From an uncultured delta proteobacterium (GTDB lineage Bacteria > Myxococcota > Myxococcia > Myxococcales > Anaeromyxobacteraceae): DNA of 64,000 nt. The DNA is taken from assembly GCA_963766715.1 (NCBI GenBank), contig CAVYBH010000008.1, forward strand, positions 416,001 to 480,000, in the 5' to 3' direction. Position numbers and translations under genes: made by a program. Positions 28,546 through 38,917 of the stretch are shown piece after piece; position 1 is the first letter of the stretch, and each line of letters opens with the position of its first letter. A model generated the notes under the pieces. The model ran no database searches. It saw only the letters and a program-made list of their open reading frames with translations, and was not told where the DNA came from.

Positions 28546-29453
28546 GTGATCCTGTCGTGGGCCCGCGACCGCGAGGGAGCGCGCGTCCACGTGGGCGAGC
28601 TCGACCCGCGGCGCCGGGGAGACCGCGCCCCGTTCACCTGCCCGGCCTGCGCGGACGTGCTCGTCCCGCACCTCGGACGCGTCCGGGCCCGCCACTTCGC
28701 CCACCGCCCGGGCTCCGCCTGCCCCCTGACCTCCCCCGAGACGGCGCTGCACCAGAACGCCAAGGAGCGGCTGGCCTGGCTGTGCGGGGAGGCCTTCGGG
28801 GGCCGGCGGCGGGTCGTCCTCTCGACGCGCTGCCCGGCCTGCCGGCGCCCCGCCCCCGTCGACCTCGCCTCCGCCGGGGACGGGGCGGAGCTCGAGGGGC
28901 CGGTCGGGTCCTGGCGGGCGGACGTCCTCGTCCGCCGAGGCGGGCGTCCCGTCGCTGGCCCTCGAGGTCCGGGTGGCTCACGCGGTCGGGGAGCGAGAAG
29001 GAGGAGGCGCTGGCCGGCCTGGGGGTCCCCGTGGCCGAGATCGACGCCACCACCTCCTGGGAGACCGAGGAGGCCGGGGTGACGCGGGTCGCCTGCGTGC
29101 GAAGCCTGGGGTTCCCCCCCTGCCCGGCCTGTGCGTCCACGGCGCTCGCCGACGCCGGGCGGTCGATCGGCGGGGAGGAGGCCGAGCTGGCCGAGCTGGA
29201 GGCCTACCGGGCCCGGGGCCTCCTGGGACCGCCGCCGGGCCGCCCGCATCCGGCGACGTGAGTCCTAAGCCACGAGGATCAAGGGATTCTGTCCGTGATG
29301 TTTCGCTGCCCGGCCTGTGGATCCTCGACCCTGGCCTTCGGCAGGAGGGTGGCCCGGCACGCCTGCCCGGGCGCGGCGCCGCGGGCGGTGGCCTGGCGGG
29401 GCTACGACGGCGAGCTCGTGCAGATGAGGTGGTGGCGGGCTTCCCGGGAGTAG
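28546..29453 (+). CDS. CoiA-like Zn-finger / putative nuclease-fold protein; apparent frameshifts near 28950-28995 and an in-frame TGA at 29259
   Basis: [24 protein letters not shown]...[16 protein letters not shown]...ALEVRVAH (PD-D/ExK-like); three further CPAC motifs. Confidence 0.6.
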
Positions 29454-29523
29454 CGCATTCTCCCTGCGGTTCCGCGGCGTTGCGGGGCACGCTGCGTTGT
29501 GTTAGATCCCCCCCGTCGTAAAT

Positions 29524-29636
29524 ACGCACACTTCTCGGTCGGCTACCCCGGTCGCGAGCGTCGGGAGAAGGATGTTCCTTTTCTCCGGCCCTGCGAAGGC
29601 AGCCGGCACGCAACGAGGAGTGGAGGCCAACAACCG
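29524..29636 (+). ncRNA. rpsB 5' leader (S2 autoregulatory, t44-like cis element)
   Basis: CACACTTCTCG pairs with CGAGGAGTG and is followed by GAGGC..AACC, resembling the conserved ends of the rpsB leader; internal hairpins GGAGAAGG/CCTTTTCTCC and CTGC-GAAG-GCAG. Confidence 0.6.
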
Positions 29637-29645
29637 GAGACGCAC

Positions 29646-30656
29646 ATGGAAACGCAGGATCCGCAGAACCCGTCCGTCGAGCCCGTCGAGCCCGTCGCTC
29701 CTCCCACCCCCGCCCCCGCCGCCGACACGATGGCCGGAGCGCTCCAGTCGAGCGGCTCTGCCATCACGATGAAGCAGCTGCTCGAGGCCGGCGTCCACTT
29801 CGGTCACCAGACCAAGCGCTGGAACCCGAAGATGAAGCCGTACATCTTCGGCGCCCGCAACGGCATCTACATCATCGACCTCCAGAAGACGGTCGGGCTG
29901 GCCCGCAGCGCCTTCCGCTTCGTGTCCGACTCGGTCGCCAAGGGCGGCACGGTGCTCTTCGTGGGCACGAAGAAGCAGGCCCAGGACGCCATCCGCGAGG
30001 AGGCCAGCCGCAGCGGGATGTACTACGTGACGAACCGCTGGCTGGGCGGCACCCTCACCAACTTCAAGACGGTGAAGACCGGCATCGACCGCCTGAAGAC
30101 CATCGAGAAGATGAAGGCCGACGGCACCTACGAGCGCCTCCCCAAGAAGGAGGTCGCCTCCCTCGAGCGCGAGCGCGAGAAGCTCGAGAAGAACCTGGGC
30201 GGCATCAAGGACATGACGCGGCTGCCGGCCGCCCTCTTCGTCATCGACACGAAGAAGGAGTACATCGCGGTGCACGAGGCCAACCGGCTCGGCATCCCGG
30301 TGGTCGCGGTGGTCGACACCAACTGCGATCCCGAGGGCATCGACTTCACCATCCCGGGCAACGACGACGCCATCCGCTCCATCCGGCTCTTCACCTCCAA
30401 GGTGGCCGAGTCCTGCATCGAGGGCAAGGCGCGCCACTCGGTGTGGGTCGCCGAGCACGGCGGCCGCGACGAGTCGACCGCCCAGGACGAGCGTGACGCC
30501 GCCAGCGAGCGCGGCGACAAGCGCGACCGCCGCGGCCCCCGCCGTGGCCCCCGCCGCGAGCCCCGCGAGGATCGCGGCGCCGCCAGCGCGAACGTCGAGG
30601 TGCTGCGCAAGGGCGAGGTCGTCGTCCCGACGACCGAGGAGCCTGCCGCCAAGTAG
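29646..30656 (+). CDS. rpsB: 30S ribosomal protein S2
   Basis: [38 protein letters not shown] and PGNDDAIRS motifs. Confidence 0.98.
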   Translation: METQDPQNPSVEPVEPVAPPTPAPAADTMAGALQSSGSAITMKQLLEAGVHFGHQTKRWNPKMKPYIFGARNGIYIIDLQKTVGLARSAFRFVSDSVAKGGTVLFVGTKKQAQDAIREEASRSGMYYVTNRWLGGTLTNFKTVKTGIDRLKTIEKMKADGTYERLPKKEVASLEREREKLEKNLGGIKDMTRLPAALFVIDTKKEYIAVHEANRLGIPVVAVVDTNCDPEGIDFTIPGNDDAIRSIRLFTSKVAESCIEGKARHSVWVAEHGGRDESTAQDERDAASERGDKRDRRGPRRGPRREPREDRGAASANVEVLRKGEVVVPTTEEPAAK

Positions 30657-30680
30657 CCGGCGTCCGCCGACCGAATCTCC

Positions 30681-30709
30681 GGGGGCGGGCTCGAACAGGG
30701 CCCGCCCCC
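30681..30709 (+). terminator. Hairpin between rpsB and tsf (possible attenuator or processing stem)
   Basis: GGGGGCGGGCTC-GAACA-GGGCCCGCCCCC inverted repeat. Confidence 0.5.
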
Positions 30710-30743
30710 TCGTCTTCCGAGAAACCGAAAGAGAGGAACACAA

Positions 30744-31400
30744 GTGGCAGAGATCAGCGCGAACGCCGTGAAGGAGCTCCGGGAGAAGACCGGGGCCGGG
30801 ATGATGGACTGCAAGAAGGCGCTGGCCGAGACGGCCGGCGACTTCGCCAAGGCCGAGGAGTTCCTGCGCAAGAAGGGGCTCGCCTCCGCCGCCAAGAAGG
30901 CGGGCCGGCTGGCCTCCGAGGGCGCGGTCGGCAGCTACGTCCACATGGGCGGCAAGATCGGCGTCCTCGTCGAGGTGAACAGCGAGACCGACTTCGTGGC
31001 CCGCACCGACGCCTTCCAGGCCCTGGTGAAGGACGTGGCGATGCACATCGCCGCGGCCGCCCCGCAGTACGTCCGGCGCGAGGAGGTTCCCGCCGAGATC
31101 GTGGCCAAGGAGCTCGAGATCGCCAAGGCCCAGTTCCAGGACCAGAAGAAGCCCGAGGCCATCATCGAGAAGATCGCCCAGGGCAAGGTCGACAAGTTCT
31201 TCAAGGAGGTCTGCCTGCTCGAGCAGCCCTTCGTGAAGGACGACAAGAAGTCGGTGCAGGAGATGATCAACGACCAGGTGGCCAAGATCGGCGAGAACAT
31301 CCAGATCCGCCGCTTCGCCCGCTTCGTCCTCGGCGAGGGGCTCGAGAAGAAGGCCGAGAACTACGCCGAAGAGGTCGCGAAGGTCGCCGGCCTGAAGTAG
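30744..31400 (+). CDS. tsf: Elongation factor Ts
   Basis: [29 protein letters not shown] and [11 protein letters not shown] motifs. Confidence 0.98.
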   Translation: MAEISANAVKELREKTGAGMMDCKKALAETAGDFAKAEEFLRKKGLASAAKKAGRLASEGAVGSYVHMGGKIGVLVEVNSETDFVARTDAFQALVKDVAMHIAAAAPQYVRREEVPAEIVAKELEIAKAQFQDQKKPEAIIEKIAQGKVDKFFKEVCLLEQPFVKDDKKSVQEMINDQVAKIGENIQIRRFARFVLGEGLEKKAENYAEEVAKVAGLK

Positions 31401-31424
31401 TCGCCCACCGTTCCCGACGAACCG

Positions 31425-31463
31425 AGGCCCCGGCCCGCGCGAGCGGACCGGGGCCTTTCCTTT
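31425..31463 (+). terminator. Intrinsic terminator of rpsB-tsf
   Basis: AGGCCCCGG...GCGA loop...CCGGGGCCT followed by TTCCTTT. Confidence 0.8.
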
Positions 31464-31505
31464 GGCAGCCCGTCCACGGCTGCCCACCCGACGCGGGCTG
31501 CGGAC

Positions 31506-31540
31506 AAAAAGAGAGGAGCCGGCCCGGGGGCCGGCTCCTC
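31506..31540 (-). terminator. Intrinsic terminator of the TonB-dependent transporter / lipoprotein operon
   Basis: Perfect 12-bp stem GAGGAGCCGGCC/GGCCGGCTCCTC followed on the minus strand by TCTTTTT. Confidence 0.85.
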
Positions 31541-31567
31541 GATGCATCTCAATCTACGAACGGCTCG

Positions 31568-32475
31568 CTACGGCGCGGCCTTCGCGGGCGCGGGCGCCGG
31601 CGCCGGCGTCCACACGTCGGACGTCGATGAACGTCGCGTCCACGGGGAGCGAGTTGCCCTGCTGGTCTTCCACGGTCCCGGTCACCCGGTAGGTGGTGAG
31701 CGGCTGCAGCGCGCGGCGCCGCGGTCCCGGTGACGATCCGGTACTGGACCGTCATCGAGGAACCCCAGTTCAGGTTCGAGCTGCTCGGAACGTAGCAGAC
31801 GTTGACGAGCGCCTTGATGTCGACCGGCGCCGCGTCGAGGGGCCTCTGCTTGGTGACCGTGATGCCGTCGGCCCCGTCGCAGAGCGAGCCAGCCGTCGCG
31901 TTGGCGGCGAGCTTCTGGATCGTGGCGCCGTTCATCCCCTTGTTGAAGAGGATGCGCATCTGGTTGTACCGGTAGGTCCCCAGGATGGGGTTGTCGTTCA
32001 CCGGGCCGGTGTTGAGCGGCGGGATCTCCGTCAGCGTGTAGGCGTCGGAGGCGGCGTAGCTGTAGTTGCCACCCGCGCAGCGCGGGTCGCCGGGAATGGC
32101 GCAGCCGTAGCTGCCCGAGAGGTCGCCGAGGAAGTACGGGGCGAAGCCCGGACCGGTCCGCGGCGGCCAGCAATCCTCGGGGCAGGCCACGAGGACGGTC
32201 GTCCCGTCGCCGCAGTTGCCCTTGCCACCCGGGAACGTGTTGGCGAACCAGGTCCCGGAGGCCGGCGGGTAGGGGAGACCGCCCGGGCAGACGGCCGGCT
32301 GGTCGACGACGAAGTTGTAGTTCCGGTTCGCCGAGGCGCCCGGGACCACCATGATGCCGATGACCGCGGGGGCTGCCGTGTTCGCGCCCAGGTACGGGTC
32401 GCAGGCAGTCACCAGGGTCGCGACGGCGACCATGGCTCCGAGGAGGGAAACCTTCCAGTGCCTATCGTTGGTCAT
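31568..32475 (-). CDS. Cys-rich lipoprotein downstream of the Oar-like transporter; apparent frameshifts near 31715 and 31625
   Basis: Signal peptide with lipobox LVTAC; eight further Cys; Ig-like C-terminus LQPLTTYRVTGTVEDQQGNSL; start overlaps the 3' region of the transporter gene boundary closely. Confidence 0.75.
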
Positions 32476-32500
32476 GTTCATTCTCCTGTGCCGGCTGGCT

Positions 32501-35500
32501 CTAGAACGAGAGCTGGACGCCGAACCGGGCCGCGATGGGCGACTGGTAGGTCACTCCGACCGGTGAGGCAGCCGGCTGGCCGAAGTTCGGGTTGATGACG
32601 GGAGCCTGGTTGTCCGTGGTCCTCGCGTACCGGAGGTCGGAGCAAGCAGCCTGCAGGGCCGTCAGCGGGTTGGCCGCGCTGATGGACGTCTTGCTCGAGC
32701 ACTGCGAGTTCTGCATGGGCAGGATTCGCGAGTCGATCGAGTAGTTCTGGTCCACCCACTGGGTCGTGGTCATGTTCAGCAGGTTGAAGATGTCGAGGCT
32801 GAACGCGAGGGTGTAGGGACCCGAGATGGCCCAGATGGCCTTGGCGCCGACGTCGAACTGGAAGGTCCAGGGGAGGTCGCCGACGAGGCCGCGGGGGAGG
32901 ACGAAGGACTGGCCGGCGCCGTACAGCGGGTGACGGGCCAGGGCGCTCACCGGCTGACCGGAGAAGGCCTGGAAGTTCACGCTGGGAACGAGCGTGAGGA
33001 CCGGGGAGAGCACCGCCGCGTAGGAGCCGGCGAACTTGATCTGGTTGTTGCGGTTGCCGCCGAGCGGGCCGGTCTTGTTGCCGAGCAGCGAGACCAGGTC
33101 GTACTCGGAGGTGATGTTCGGGTCGAGCTGCCCGTCCTCGGTGCGGAAGAGGCCGGGGTAGTTGCCGCGGAGCGACGACCACGTGTAGCTCGCCTGCATC
33201 AGCCAGTTCTTCGAGAAGTTCTTGTTCAGGGTCACCGTGAAGGCGTCGTACGAACGGGTCGGCTTCGGCCACTTGACGAAGTAGGACGAGCCCGACGCGT
33301 TGTCCGTGCCGGTGGCGTACTGGGCGCTGACGTACCCGCCACCCGCGACGGGCTGGTACGGAGCGGTGACGCCCGGGTTGGCGATGATGAAGGTGTTGCC
33401 GTCGTTGGACGAGATGTCCTCGATGACGTCGCCGATCCGCCGGCCGAGGTAGTTCACGCCGACGGAGAGGTCCTGGAGGACTTCGTACTCGATGCCGCCG
33501 CCGAACTGCTGCGTGTAGGCGCCCTTCAGGCCGGGAGCGACCGGCGTGTAGAAGGGGTTGTACGGCGAGAAGCCGAACGCGCCGGCGGCGCTGGTGGAGC
33601 CGGAGAGGTCGACGGTGTTCGGGCCGGGGCCCTGGCCGACGGCGAGGCCGTAGACGTTGGGGCACTGGTTGAACGGGTTGCCCGTCGAGTTCTGGCCGGG
33701 GGTGACCGGGGTGGTGCAGCTGCTCATCTGGTAGCCACCGGAGCCGATGGCGGCCTCGATGCCCAGCGAGCGGAGCGCGAGGTCGAGGGGAATCGCCTCG
33801 TAGTACATGCCCCAGTTGCCCTGGATCTTGCCGCGGCCCTGGCCCGTGAAGTCCCAGACGGCCTGGACGCGGGGAGCCCACTCGTTGTTGATGTTGACGC
33901 TGGGCGGGGTGACGCCGGCGTCGTCCACGAGCGGGTGCGTCGGACCGGTGGGCGAGGTGTTCTTGAGGTTCTGGGTGTCGAGCCGGACGCCGAAGTTCAG
34001 GGTCAGGACGTTGGCGATGGTCCAGCTGTCCTGGAGGAAGTAGCCGTTCGACCACGTCCCGGTGGTCTGGACGAGCTTGCCCGGCTGCTTGGGATTCAGG
34101 AAGCCGGGGTTGCCGCCGCCCGTGCAGGTGCCGTCGGGACCGAACTGGGTGCAGAATCTGGTCGCCCACGCCGTCGGCGTTGAACTGGACGACGCCGTAG
34201 CCGCGGACGATGTCGAAGCTGTTGCCGAAGCTCGTCGTCCCGTTGTAGCCGCGGGCGCTGAAGAGGCCGCCACCGGCGTAGTACCGGGTGTTGTTGTAGG
34301 TGGCGTACTCGATCTGCACGCCGCCCTTCAGCTGGTGCTGGCCGGCCAGGGAGAAGAGGCCGGTGACGGCCGCGCTACCCGCGTACCGGTTGTTGACGGG
34401 GTTCTGGACGTAGCCCGTGCCGCCGGTGGTGTAGTTGTTGAGGACGCAGGCGGTGTCGTTGGTGGGGCACTGGAAGCCGGGGAGCCCGAAGTTCGCCATC
34501 GGCTGGACGGTGAGCCAGTTGATCGTCGGCGTGTTGAGCCGGTCGACGCCGTTGATGGTCCCGCCGCCCTCGGTGAACGTGGAGTTGAACCAGCCGCCCT
34601 TGACCTCGACGAGGAGGTGCTTGTCGAGGAACTTGCCGGTGTAGTTCAACGTGGCGTTCGTGGTGTTGTTGGTGTCCTTGATCGAGGCAGCCGCCGGCGA
34701 GGCGTAGGCCGTCGCGCGGCCGAAGTCGGTGGTGGGCTGCGTGTTGAAGGACACGAAGACGTTGTTGTTCTCGTTGATGAGCCAGGTGAGCTTGGCGATG
34801 CCGAAGTAGGTGTTGAAGCCGGAACCGTAGACCTGGTCGCTCCCCGCGATGGGGGCCATGATGTACTGGCCGGTGGCGTCCTGCTGGTAACCGGCGAGCG
34901 GCGTCCCGGCCTGGGTCGTCCCGTCGTTCTTGCAGAGCGGGTTGGACGGGTCGCGGACGCAGGCCTGGCTCTTGTAGCGGTAGTACATGGTCCGCGCGTT
35001 GTACTGACATCTGCGGCGCGAAGCCGGCGTAGAACCAGAGCTTGTCCTTCACGATGGGGCCGCCGACCTCGACGCCGAAGTCAGCCGCGTAGCTTCCCTT
35101 GTAGGGGGAGCTGTAGGAGGCGAGACCGTCGCCGTTGGTGCCGATGGCGGGGAGCGCCGGCGTGAAGAAGCCGGGGGTCAGGTTGCCCCAGATGGAGCCG
35201 TGGAACTCGTTGCCGCCGGACTTGGTCACGGTGTTGATGATGCCGGCCGACGAGTACCCGAACTCGGGCATGAACGAGCCGACCTTGATGTCCAGCTGGT
35301 CGACGAAGTTCGTGAGCAGGTTGGTGCCGAGGGTGCCGAGGGCCGGGTCGGAGACGCGCAGGCCGTCGATGATGTAGTTGTTCTCGGGCGAGGACGCGCC
35401 GGCGAAGCTGATGCCGTAGAAGTCGCGCTGGGCGGTGGGGGCGATGGTCGCCACGTTCTCGTAGGTGCGGGCGGTCGGGATCGAGGAGAGGAACTCCTTC

Positions 35501-35928
35501 GACACGATCGTCCCGGCCTCGGCCGTGCCGATGTTCACCACCGGAGCGAGACCGGTCTTGACGACCTGCTCCTCCATCTGGACGGCCTCGGGGATGATCG
35601 AGAGGTTCGCGCGGAGGGTGTACCCGACCCGGAGGACGATGTCCGTCCGCTCGGTGGGCTTGTAGCCGGAGAGCTGCGCCGCGACCTTGTACTTGCCGGG
35701 CGGCAGCGTCGTCAGGGTGTACTCACCCTTGGCGTCGGTGACGGCGGTGGACTCGCCCTGGAGGGCGGGGCTGGTGGCGATCACCAGTGCGCCGGCCACG
35801 GGCTTGCCAGAGGCGGCATCCGTGACCTGACCCACGATCTGACCGGTGACTTGTGCGGAGGCGATTCCAGCGCAGAGAAGCACTGCGACCGGTGCGAGCC
35901 GCAGGAGGTAATGCAACTTCTTCCTCAT
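32501..35928 (-). CDS. oar: Oar-like TonB-dependent outer-membrane transporter; apparent frameshifts near 35005 and 34180
   Basis: Signal peptide; carboxypeptidase-regulatory-like N-domain; plug ENNYIIDG; GIINTVTKSGGNEFHGS; GGPIVKDKLWFY; YFLQDSWTI; C-terminal ARFGVQLSF. Confidence 0.88.
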
Positions 35929-36052
35929 GACTTCCTCCCTAGGAGAGATGCGACGGTGCTGAAGCCAGACGGTGAGAGCCGGTAGAAACCCTTTGAGGCC
36001 GCCCTGAAACGGTCCCGCAACACAGTGTTACGGGATGGCCTGAAGTCTGCGA

Positions 36053-36081
36053 TTTCTACGCACCGGTATTGGGAATGTCAA
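36053..36081 (-). promoter_or_regulatory. Putative sigma-70 promoter for the oar-like gene
   Basis: Minus strand TTGACA-N17-TAGAAA. Confidence 0.55.
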
Positions 36082-36310
36082 CGACCTTGCGCTTGTTCCC
36101 TACAGCCCCGTGCAGGTCGACCCGGGGAGGTCGAGGGCCGCGATAGCGCGCGAAACCCTTCATTGTCGGCCACTCCCGGACGGGTACCTTTGGGCGAGGA
36201 GGGGCGGCGAGCCGGCTCCGAATATTTTCGGCCGGGCCGGGTCGCCGGGTGATCCGAAAGTCGAAGCGAAAGGCGACGGAATGGCCCCGGCAGGCCGTGT
36301 AGCCAAACGG

Positions 36311-36339
36311 TTGACATCCGTTGACGGTGCCGCTAAAAG
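36311..36339 (+). promoter_or_regulatory. Putative sigma-70 promoter for tonB-exbB-exbD-exbD
   Basis: TTGACA-N17-TAAAAG, about 60 nt before the tonB GTG. Confidence 0.55.
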
Positions 36340-36396
36340 CCGCCCGTCAATTCCTTGCCTTTCCGGGCTGATTTTTCCGTCAAACGAGGCCCCGGC

Positions 36397-37131
36397 GTGT
36401 TCGACGAAGTCACGAAGACAGAGGGCGGCAAGCGCGTCGCCCGGCGCAGCGCTTTTCTCGCTGGCTCCACGGTCGTCCAGATCCTGTTCGTCGCGTTCCT
36501 GATCGTGGCGGGCGAGCGGATCCGTGCGGCGGTCAAGTCGGAGCCGGTGGTGGACGTGAAGTTCGTCCGCCCGGCGGCGCCCAAGCCGCCGCCGCCTCCC
36601 CCTCCGCCGCCCGCGGCCAAGAAGAAGCCGCCCTCCGACCAGCCCAAGGTCGAGACGCGGAAGGCCCCGCCGATGGCGATGATCCAGCCGAAGTCGGTCG
36701 ACGACCAGATCAAGCCCCCCGATCCGAACGAGCCCGAGGACGACTACGGCTCCGACGACGGCGTCGAGGGCGGCACGGTCGGAGGCGTCGTCGGCGGGCA
36801 GGTGTCGCAGCCCGGCGGCTACGAGGAGGCGCCCAAGTACATGAGCGCCGGCTTCAAGGAGCCGAAGGCGGTGGTGCGGAACTGCGTCTCCGAGAGCCTG
36901 CGCCTGCCCCAGGCGCTGCAGAGCTTCGTCTCCGGCCCGATCACCGTGAAGTTCGCGGTGTACTCCAACGGCGCGGTCGGCGCGTTCTCCTTCCTCACGG
37001 CGCTCCCCGACCCGCGCATCGGCGAGGCCATCAAGACCGCTGTCACGAGCTGCGAATGGACCCCCGGGGCCGACGCCCAGGGCAAGCCCACCGCGATCTA
37101 CGTCATCCTCCCCATCCGCTTCGCGCAGTAG
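36397..37131 (+). CDS. tonB: Energy transducer TonB
   Basis: N-terminal TM helix, poly-Pro spacer, GVEGGTVGGVVGG and C-terminal WTPGADAQGKPTAIYVILPIRF. Confidence 0.85.
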   Translation: MFDEVTKTEGGKRVARRSAFLAGSTVVQILFVAFLIVAGERIRAAVKSEPVVDVKFVRPAAPKPPPPPPPPPAAKKKPPSDQPKVETRKAPPMAMIQPKSVDDQIKPPDPNEPEDDYGSDDGVEGGTVGGVVGGQVSQPGGYEEAPKYMSAGFKEPKAVVRNCVSESLRLPQALQSFVSGPITVKFAVYSNGAVGAFSFLTALPDPRIGEAIKTAVTSCEWTPGADAQGKPTAIYVILPIRFAQ

Positions 37132-37172
37132 CGGGCGCACCCGCTTCCGCTTCACCCGAGGAGAATACCGAG

Positions 37173-37925
37173 ATGTCCCTTCCCGTGATCGACGTCGTCA
37201 ACCAGGTGGTGCTTGCCGCCGAACCCGTGATGTCCTTCGACCTCGTGAACATGTGGCGCTCCATGGGCCCGTTCGCGAAGTTCATCGCCATCGTCCTCGC
37301 CATCATGAGCGTGTGGTCGCTGGCGGTGGCCGTGGAGCGAATCATCACCTACTCGCGCGCCGGCGCCGCCTCGCGGAAGTTCGCGACCGAGCTCGCCACG
37401 CTGCTCCCCGCCGGGAAGTTCAAGGAGGCCGTCGAGCTGTCCCACTCGAAGGAGTACGCCAAGGGCTACCTCCCGAAGGTGCTCGGCCTGGCGCTCGAGG
37501 AGTACCGCCTGGGCCGGGAGTCGCTCGGCGCCCACGGCGGCGATCGCGAGATCGGCGACTTCGACGTGGTCGCCGCGGTGAACCGCGCCATCGACCGCAG
37601 CACGCTCCGCACGATCACCGACCTGCGCCGCGGCCTGGGCTCGCTCGCCACCATCGGCTCCACCGCCCCGTTCGTCGGGCTGCTCGGCACCGTGGCCGGC
37701 ATCATCACCGCCTTCCAGGCCATGGCCGCCACCGGCTCCGGCGGCCTGGGCTCGGTCTCCGCCGGCATCGCCGAGGCGCTCGTGACCACCGCCTTCGGCC
37801 TGCTCGTCGCCATCCCGGCCGTCATGTTCTTCAACTACTTCACCAACCGGGTGGAGGAGATCACGGTGGACGTGAACGACTCGACCACCGAGCTCGTCGA
37901 CTTCTTCATCAAGGAAGGGCGCTAG
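37173..37925 (+). CDS. exbB: MotA/TolQ/ExbB proton channel protein
   Basis: LATIGSTAPFVGLLGTVAGI and GIAEALVTTAFGLLVAIPA motifs. Confidence 0.93.
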   Translation: MSLPVIDVVNQVVLAAEPVMSFDLVNMWRSMGPFAKFIAIVLAIMSVWSLAVAVERIITYSRAGAASRKFATELATLLPAGKFKEAVELSHSKEYAKGYLPKVLGLALEEYRLGRESLGAHGGDREIGDFDVVAAVNRAIDRSTLRTITDLRRGLGSLATIGSTAPFVGLLGTVAGIITAFQAMAATGSGGLGSVSAGIAEALVTTAFGLLVAIPAVMFFNYFTNRVEEITVDVNDSTTELVDFFIKEGR

Positions 37926-37955
37926 GCCCGTCCGGCCCGGCCAGGGAACCTCGTC

Positions 37956-38391
37956 ATGTCGATGGACGTAGGCAGCAAGGGCGTCAAGAGCGACATCAAC
38001 GTCACGCCGCTCGTCGACGTGGTGCTGGTGCTCCTGATCATCTTCATGGTGATCACGCCCATGCTCCAGCGCGGCAAGCCGGTCACCCTCCCCGACGCCA
38101 AGCTGGTGAGCGAGCTGAAGAGCGGCGGTGACCCGATCATCCTCTCGGTGACGCGCGACGGGAAGTCGTTCATCGAGAAGGACGAGATCAAGAGGGACGA
38201 TCTGGCCGCCGCGCTCGAGGCCCAGATGCAGAAGCAGCCGGGCGCGCCCATCATGTTCAAGGCCGACCGCGAGGCCGACTACAAGATGATCCGCGAGGTC
38301 ATCCTCGAGGTCACCAAGACCAAGGTGATGGGCGTCTCGCTGGCCGCCAGCGCAGCTCAAGGACGAGTCCGACGTGAAGGGAGCGAAGTAG
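37956..38391 (+). CDS. exbD: ExbD/TolR protein (first copy); apparent frameshift near 38350
   Basis: SDINVTPLVDVVLVLLIIFMVITPM and FKADREADY motifs; TAG at 38389 in the shifted frame. Confidence 0.88.
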
Positions 38392-38393
38392 CC

Positions 38394-38852
38394 ATGTCGA
38401 TGGCGCTCGGTTCCAAGTCGCCCCTCACCGACATCAACGTCACGCCGCTCATCGACGTGGTGCTGGTGATGCTCATCATCTTCATGGTGCTCACCCCGCT
38501 CGCCGAGAAGCAGATGTACATGCGCGTGCCGGAGTTCGAGCCGCCCAACACGCAGGTGGTCCCGCCGGACTCCGTTCCGCCGGACCAGATCGTGCTCACC
38601 GCCCTGAAGAACGGCCGCGTCCTCCTCAACCGGCAGGACCTGACGGTCGAGGAGGCGATGGTCAAGCTGAAGCCCGTCTTCGAGGGGCACCTCTCGAAGG
38701 TGCTCTTCTTCAACGCCCAGGACGGCACGCGCTACGAGTTCGCCGTGAAGGTGCTCGACGAGGCCCACAAGGCCGGCGTGAACACCATCGGCATGATGAC
38801 CGATCCCCCGCTGCTGGTGGAGGAGGGCGCACCGCCCGCTCCGCCGCAGTAG
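38394..38852 (+). CDS. exbD: ExbD/TolR protein (second copy)
   Basis: TDINVTPLIDVVLVMLIIFMVLTPL and VKVLDEAHKAGV motifs. Confidence 0.9.
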   Translation: MSMALGSKSPLTDINVTPLIDVVLVMLIIFMVLTPLAEKQMYMRVPEFEPPNTQVVPPDSVPPDQIVLTALKNGRVLLNRQDLTVEEAMVKLKPVFEGHLSKVLFFNAQDGTRYEFAVKVLDEAHKAGVNTIGMMTDPPLLVEEGAPPAPPQ

Positions 38853-38877
38853 GCGAGCCGGACTTCCGGCCGCTCCC

Positions 38878-38917
38878 AGGCCCCGCCCGCGAACCGCGGC
38901 GGGGCCTTCGTGTTTCT
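38878..38917 (+). terminator. Intrinsic terminator between the convergent exbD and RluA-family genes
   Basis: AGGCCCCGCC...GGCGGGGCCT stem followed by TCGTGTTTCT. Confidence 0.65.

Noticed and set aside
29259..29261. Second selenocysteine codon in the CoiA-like gene
   Set aside because: It is not at a Cys-motif position and no clear SECIS hairpin follows. It is kept only as an unexplained in-frame stop.
31568..35928. Lower GC of the oar-lipoprotein region as a horizontally acquired island
   Set aside because: Third codon positions remain G/C-rich. The shift reflects Asn/Thr/Tyr-rich outer-membrane protein composition, and no integrase or att repeats are visible.
37956..38852. Tandem ExbD-ExbD fusion protein
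   Set aside because: TAG at 38389 followed by ATG at 38394 indicates two genes, with one indel near 38350.
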